From an uncultured bacterium (lineage in GTDB: Bacteria; Fermentibacterota; Fermentibacteria; Fermentibacterales; JCC-6), in contig CAZIPI010000001.1 of the NCBI GenBank assembly GCA_964541235.1, positions 110,774 to 174,773 on the forward strand: a stretch of 64,000 nucleotides of DNA, written 5' to 3'. A program made the translations under genes and the position numbers. Below the pieces are notes generated by a model. The model was not told the origin of the DNA and ran no database searches. It saw only the letters and a list, made by a program, of their open reading frames with translations. This document shows, piece after piece, positions 60,530 to 64,000 of this stretch. Position 1 is the first letter of the stretch. Each line of letters starts with the position of its first letter.

Positions 60530-61372
60530 TCAGTTCACAGGGAGGTAGTGTTCTGCCACAACGATGGCCTGGCCGTCCTCGCTGAGTATGAACTCAAGCC
60601 AGGCTGCGCTCACGCCCGAAGGTTCACCGTTGGTGATCATGTTGAGAGGCCTGGAGACGGGGTAGCTCCCGTTGGCCACGTTCTCAGGTGTGGGCTGGGC
60701 TCCGTCTATGGACAGGGTCTTGACGGACTGGTCAAGATAGCCGAACGAGAGGTAGGCGATTGCGCCGGGAGTGGTGCTGCAGGTGGTTCGAACGGCTCCG
60801 TTGGAGGGCTGCAGAATGGCGCTCTCAGCCATGAGGGCATCCCCGAGGACCAGCTCCTCGAAGGCTCCCCTGGTTCCGGAACCTTCCTCCCTGGAAACCA
60901 CGATGATGTCCATTCGGGGGCCGCCCACCTGATCCCAGTTGGTTATCACGCCAGAGAAGATATCCCTGCACTGGTCCATGGTCAGATCAGCCACAGGTAT
61001 CCCCGGCTCGGCGACGATGGCGATACCGTCGTTGGCGATGGTATGAACCACGATCCCGGGGAACTCCTCGAACTCCGAGGTCTTCACGTGCCTTGAAGCC
61101 ATGCCGATCTGGGCGCTGCCGTCGCCGGCGCTCTTCACGCCCACACTGCTGCCTCCGCCGCTGACAATGATGGTCACGCCAGGGTTGAGGGCTTCGAAAG
61201 CCTCTCCAAGGACTTCGGCCAGGGGCTGGACAGTGGTGGAGCCCACGACGCTTATCTCACCGCTGAGGGCAGCCGGTGTTTCCGGGGTGGACCCATCCGA
61301 GGCCGGCTCGGGCTGCCCGCCGCAGGCCGCGGCCAGCATAAGCGCCGCCAGGATGGCTGTTGCTGTTTTCAT
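60530..61372 (-). CDS. pstS: Phosphate ABC transporter substrate-binding lipoprotein (second PstS paralog)
   Basis: Lipobox LAAACGG. By eye it shares about two-thirds identity with 56398-57177 (VGSTTVQPLAEVLGEAFEALNPGVTIIVSGGGSSVGVKSA...). Confidence 0.9.
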   Translation of the reverse strand: MKTATAILAALMLAAACGGQPEPASDGSTPETPAALSGEISVVGSTTVQPLAEVLGEAFEALNPGVTIIVSGGGSSVGVKSAGDGSAQIGMASRHVKTSEFEEFPGIVVHTIANDGIAIVAEPGIPVADLTMDQCRDIFSGVITNWDQVGGPRMDIIVVSREEGSGTRGAFEELVLGDALMAESAILQPSNGAVRTTCSTTPGAIAYLSFGYLDQSVKTLSIDGAQPTPENVANGSYPVSRPLNMITNGEPSGVSAAWLEFILSEDGQAIVVAEHYLPVN

Positions 61373-61398
61373 TGCGAAACTCCGTTCCGGCGGCGATC

Positions 61399-62460
61399 CT
61401 AGAAGTTCATCCGCCAGTTGAGGTACATGTTGGTGTAGCCGTCGACCGACTCGCTCTCGAAACCGTAGTTCCTGGCACCCAGCATCAGGGTGTTCCTGCC
61501 GCTGGTAAGGTCAAGCCCCACGCAGAAGTCCAGGGCCGTTACGTTGTTCTCGGGCTCGTCGGCGCCCTCGGCAAGCATCGTGGACGGGTTCACCATGTCG
61601 TACCTCACAGCGGGACGAACCGCCCTTACGAACCCTTCCCCGACCGCGAACTCGGCCGCCACCCCAAGGCTCATGCAGCTGCCGTCGCTCTTCTCCATGC
61701 CCTCCACGTCAGCACCGGTCCGGCCAAGCATGGCGTACTCGCCCTCGAAGAACAGCTTCGATCCCTGGCCCAACGGGTACTTCACCACCGCGAACACATC
61801 AATGCCGCTGCTGCTCCAACTGTCAGTGGTGCCGGTGGTGTCCTCTATCTCCGGCTGACCTATGCTGCTGAAGGCCGCGCCAAGGGTGAGCCACTCCGAT
61901 GCGTCGGCGGATACCCGGGCAGCAAGCTGACGGCTCCTGTCGTTGTCCGCGATCTTGTTGGCGCCCATTCCGTTGAAGTAGGCAAGGTCTATGGTCACCG
62001 GCTCGAACGACGCCACAAGGCAGATGCCGTTGTCACGAAGGGCGTAGTTCCTGTAGTCGCCCACGCTGGCCGTGTAGGCCCTGTCCGCGAAGTACATGCT
62101 GCCGCCGGAACGAGTGTTCGCGTAGCCGAACGGAACCTTGAACTGACCGCCCATGAGGGAAAGGTTCTCGCTCAGGTTCAGGTTCAGGTACATGTCCGCC
62201 AGCTTGATACTGCCGTTGGTGCTTGAAAGCTCGAGGTTGATCTTGCCGTCAACGAAGCTGTTCAGCGTGGGAAGCCAGTCAATGGTGAAAAAGGAAGACA
62301 TGTTGTTCTCGGGGTTGATATCTTCCTGACCGTAGAAGTCCCAGCGGAAGTAACCGGTACCCTTGAACTTCAGAAGCTCTGACCCGCCGGTGCTGAACTC
62401 CCCGGCGGCCAGCGAGACAGCTGCCAGGACCAGGACCGCAGCCATGAATGCTCTCATCAA
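61399..62460 (-). CDS. Outer-membrane porin, probably phosphate-selective OprO/OprP-like
   Basis: Signal peptide, beta-strand periodicity and a terminal ...YLNWRMNF. It heads the pst operon directly downstream of phoR. Confidence 0.6.
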   Translation of the reverse strand: MMRAFMAAVLVLAAVSLAAGEFSTGGSELLKFKGTGYFRWDFYGQEDINPENNMSSFFTIDWLPTLNSFVDGKINLELSSTNGSIKLADMYLNLNLSENLSLMGGQFKVPFGYANTRSGGSMYFADRAYTASVGDYRNYALRDNGICLVASFEPVTIDLAYFNGMGANKIADNDRSRQLAARVSADASEWLTLGAAFSSIGQPEIEDTTGTTDSWSSSGIDVFAVVKYPLGQGSKLFFEGEYAMLGRTGADVEGMEKSDGSCMSLGVAAEFAVGEGFVRAVRPAVRYDMVNPSTMLAEGADEPENNVTALDFCVGLDLTSGRNTLMLGARNYGFESESVDGYTNMYLNWRMNF

Positions 62461-62534
62461 ACTACCCCTTTCGGTTGTTTTCGGTTCGGCACCTGCCGTG
62501 CCGGGTGGTAAGATCCCGCAGGGGTGTTAACCGG

Positions 62535-62566
62535 GTATTCAGGTTATGTTGAGGGATTGTTAAGGA
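62535..62566 (-). promoter_or_regulatory. Candidate Pho-box-like direct repeats upstream of porin/pst operon
   Basis: The minus strand reads TTAACAatccCTCAACAtaacCTGAATA, i.e. three 7-mers at roughly 11-bp spacing, about 75-105 nt upstream of the porin start. Confidence 0.3.
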
Positions 62567-62579
62567 ACCCCGGCGTCAC

Positions 62580-64000
62580 TCAGGGGGCAGCGGGGACCGA
62601 CACCGTGAAGATTGCGCCGGAGCCGGGGGTGCTTTCCACCCTCACGGTTCCCCCCATTCCTTCAACGATGTGTTTCACGATGGCCAATCCAAGGCCGGTT
62701 CCGCCCACCCTTCGGGAACGGGAGCGGTCAACAACGTAGAACCTCTCGAACAGCCTTGGAAGGTGTTCGGGGGCAATGCCCGGGCCGGTGTCGGAAACCG
62801 CCACGGCAACCAGACCGGCGTACTTCCCTGCGGTGATCTGTACCCGGCCGGCGTCGGTGTACTTCACGGCGTTCTCCAGAAGGTTCACCATCACCTGTTC
62901 AAAGCGGTACCTGTCCACGAAGACCTCCGGAGACGGATCCGGAAGGCTGACCTCCAGTTCCAGCCCCTTCTTCTCAATGGTTGTCTTGAAGAGGGGAAGC
63001 ACCGCCTCGATGACTTCCTTCATGGAGACCCGGGAGGGTGTCTCGGAAACCGAAGCATCCTCCAGCTCCGACAGGGTCTGAATGTCCCTCACCAGGTTTA
63101 TCATTCTGTCGGTGTTCCTGGCGATCACCTGCAGAAGCGGCCCGGGGTCGTCTCCCGGGTTCTCCATCATGGTCTCGGTGTAGCCCTTGATGGCGGTGAG
63201 CGGGGTCCTGAGTTCATGGGCCACATTCAGCGTGAACTCACGCTTTATGTTCTCCATCTGCTCCTCGCGGGTTATGTCGCGGAACGAGAAAACACGTCCC
63301 GGGGCCCCCTCGATGGAGGCGGATACGTATGCGATAACGGCTCCCGCTGCCTCGAGCCTTCCGCTTTCGCCTGACGAGCAGAGCACCTCGGCCACCGCCG
63401 GGGGGATCCCGCGCCCATCCTCCCTCACCGCGAACATTCTGCGGAAGGAATCGTTCATCATCACGATGCCTCCACGGCCATCCGTTACCAGAAGCCCCTC
63501 GACGATGGACCTGAGCACTGCCAGGTTCCTGCGGTCGCTGGCGCGGATCTCCTGTACAAGCTTCTCGGTCCGCGACAGAGTTTCATTGAGGGTCACCGCC
63601 AGCTGCATGTGTTCCCTGGTCTTCCCGGGTGAGGCCCGAGCCCCCATGTCGCCCGCCTTCACCCTGTCCGCCACCTCGGCCAGTTCCCTGAGGGGGAACG
63701 CTATCCCCCTGGCAATGAGCCAGCCAGCCGCAAGGGCAAGAAGCAGCAGGCAGAACAGCATCAACAGGATCTTTCCAGCCAGGCTTTTGAGAGTCCCCTG
63801 CCAGCGGTCGGTCTCAAGGCTGACCCGCATCACGGCGATAACGCTGTCAACGAAGAAAATGGGAACCGAGGCGTTGAGCATGTACGGGTCACCGGCGGAA
63901 CCGGGGTTCTCATACGTTCCCTCTCTGCCGTTGAAGGCCGTTATAACGTCCGGCCGGGTGCGAAGGTTTTCCGGCAGGGGGGAGCCGGGGTCACTGTCGG
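62580..64000 (-). CDS. phoR: Sensor histidine kinase, PhoR-like (N-terminus probably beyond window end)
   Basis: TM segment, HAMP-like and PAS region, then the H-box (HELRTPLTAIKGY), N, G1 (DTGPGI) and G2 (GGTGLGLAIV) boxes. The reading frame stays open upstream of the first Met at 63881, toward the window edge. Confidence 0.8.
   Translation of the reverse strand, partial: DSDPGSPLPENLRTRPDVITAFNGREGTYENPGSAGDPYMLNASVPIFFVDSVIAVMRVSLETDRWQGTLKSLAGKILLMLFCLLLLALAAGWLIARGIAFPLRELAEVADRVKAGDMGARASPGKTREHMQLAVTLNETLSRTEKLVQEIRASDRRNLAVLRSIVEGLLVTDGRGGIVMMNDSFRRMFAVREDGRGIPPAVAEVLCSSGESGRLEAAGAVIAYVSASIEGAPGRVFSFRDITREEQMENIKREFTLNVAHELRTPLTAIKGYTETMMENPGDDPGPLLQVIARNTDRMINLVRDIQTLSELEDASVSETPSRVSMKEVIEAVLPLFKTTIEKKGLELEVSLPDPSPEVFVDRYRFEQVMVNLLENAVKYTDAGRVQITAGKYAGLVAVAVSDTGPGIAPEHLPRLFERFYVVDRSRSRRVGGTGLGLAIVKHIVEGMGGTVRVESTPGSGAIFTVSVPAAP

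Overview
This is a high-GC (about 65%) bacterial chromosomal window, clearly Gram-negative, with no detectable mobile elements, CRISPR arrays or rRNA genes; the best candidates for an undescribed system are two radical-SAM/SPASM loci (458-3718 and 33091-40190).

The backbone is the conserved translation/transcription block on the minus strand (32962 down to 18371): tRNA-Thr(TGT), tRNA-Tyr, tRNA-Gly and tRNA-Thr(GGT), then tuf, rpmG, tRNA-Trp, secE, nusG, rplK, rplA, rplJ, rplL, an attenuator hairpin, rpoB, rpoC, rpsL, rpsG and a terminator. A strong sigma70-like promoter lies upstream of the first tRNA. Notably, the block stops after rpsG and no fusA follows. In its place is a cation:proton antiporter fused to a PTS-EIIA-like domain, plus two unknown proteins. 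The only EF-G gene is a partial copy at the far left edge (1-389).

Other recognisable content:
- A phosphate-uptake island (PhoR kinase, phosphate-type porin, pstS, pstCAB, phoU and a second pstS), plus a NptA-type Na/Pi cotransporter next to a membrane H+-pyrophosphatase.
- A cell-envelope and glycan cluster: lipoprotein, ABC exporter, a beta-propeller protein with a T9SS/FlgD-like C-terminal domain, then GT2, a radical SAM/SPASM enzyme and GT4 with overlapping stop/start codons. More glycosyltransferases, a TldD/PmbA pair, a methyltransferase, uppP and lysC lie nearby.
- A compact five-gene operon at 458-3718 (DOMON-like secreted protein, NADPH-FMN reductase, a 232-aa unknown, radical SAM/SPASM, gamma-glutamylcyclotransferase-like), beside the partial EF-G and a divergent DOMON paralog operon.

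The two radical-SAM/SPASM loci and the antiporter-EIIA locus with its unknown partner are the best candidates for uncharacterised biology. All calls are from reading the sequence and the supplied ORF translations; no database searches were run.
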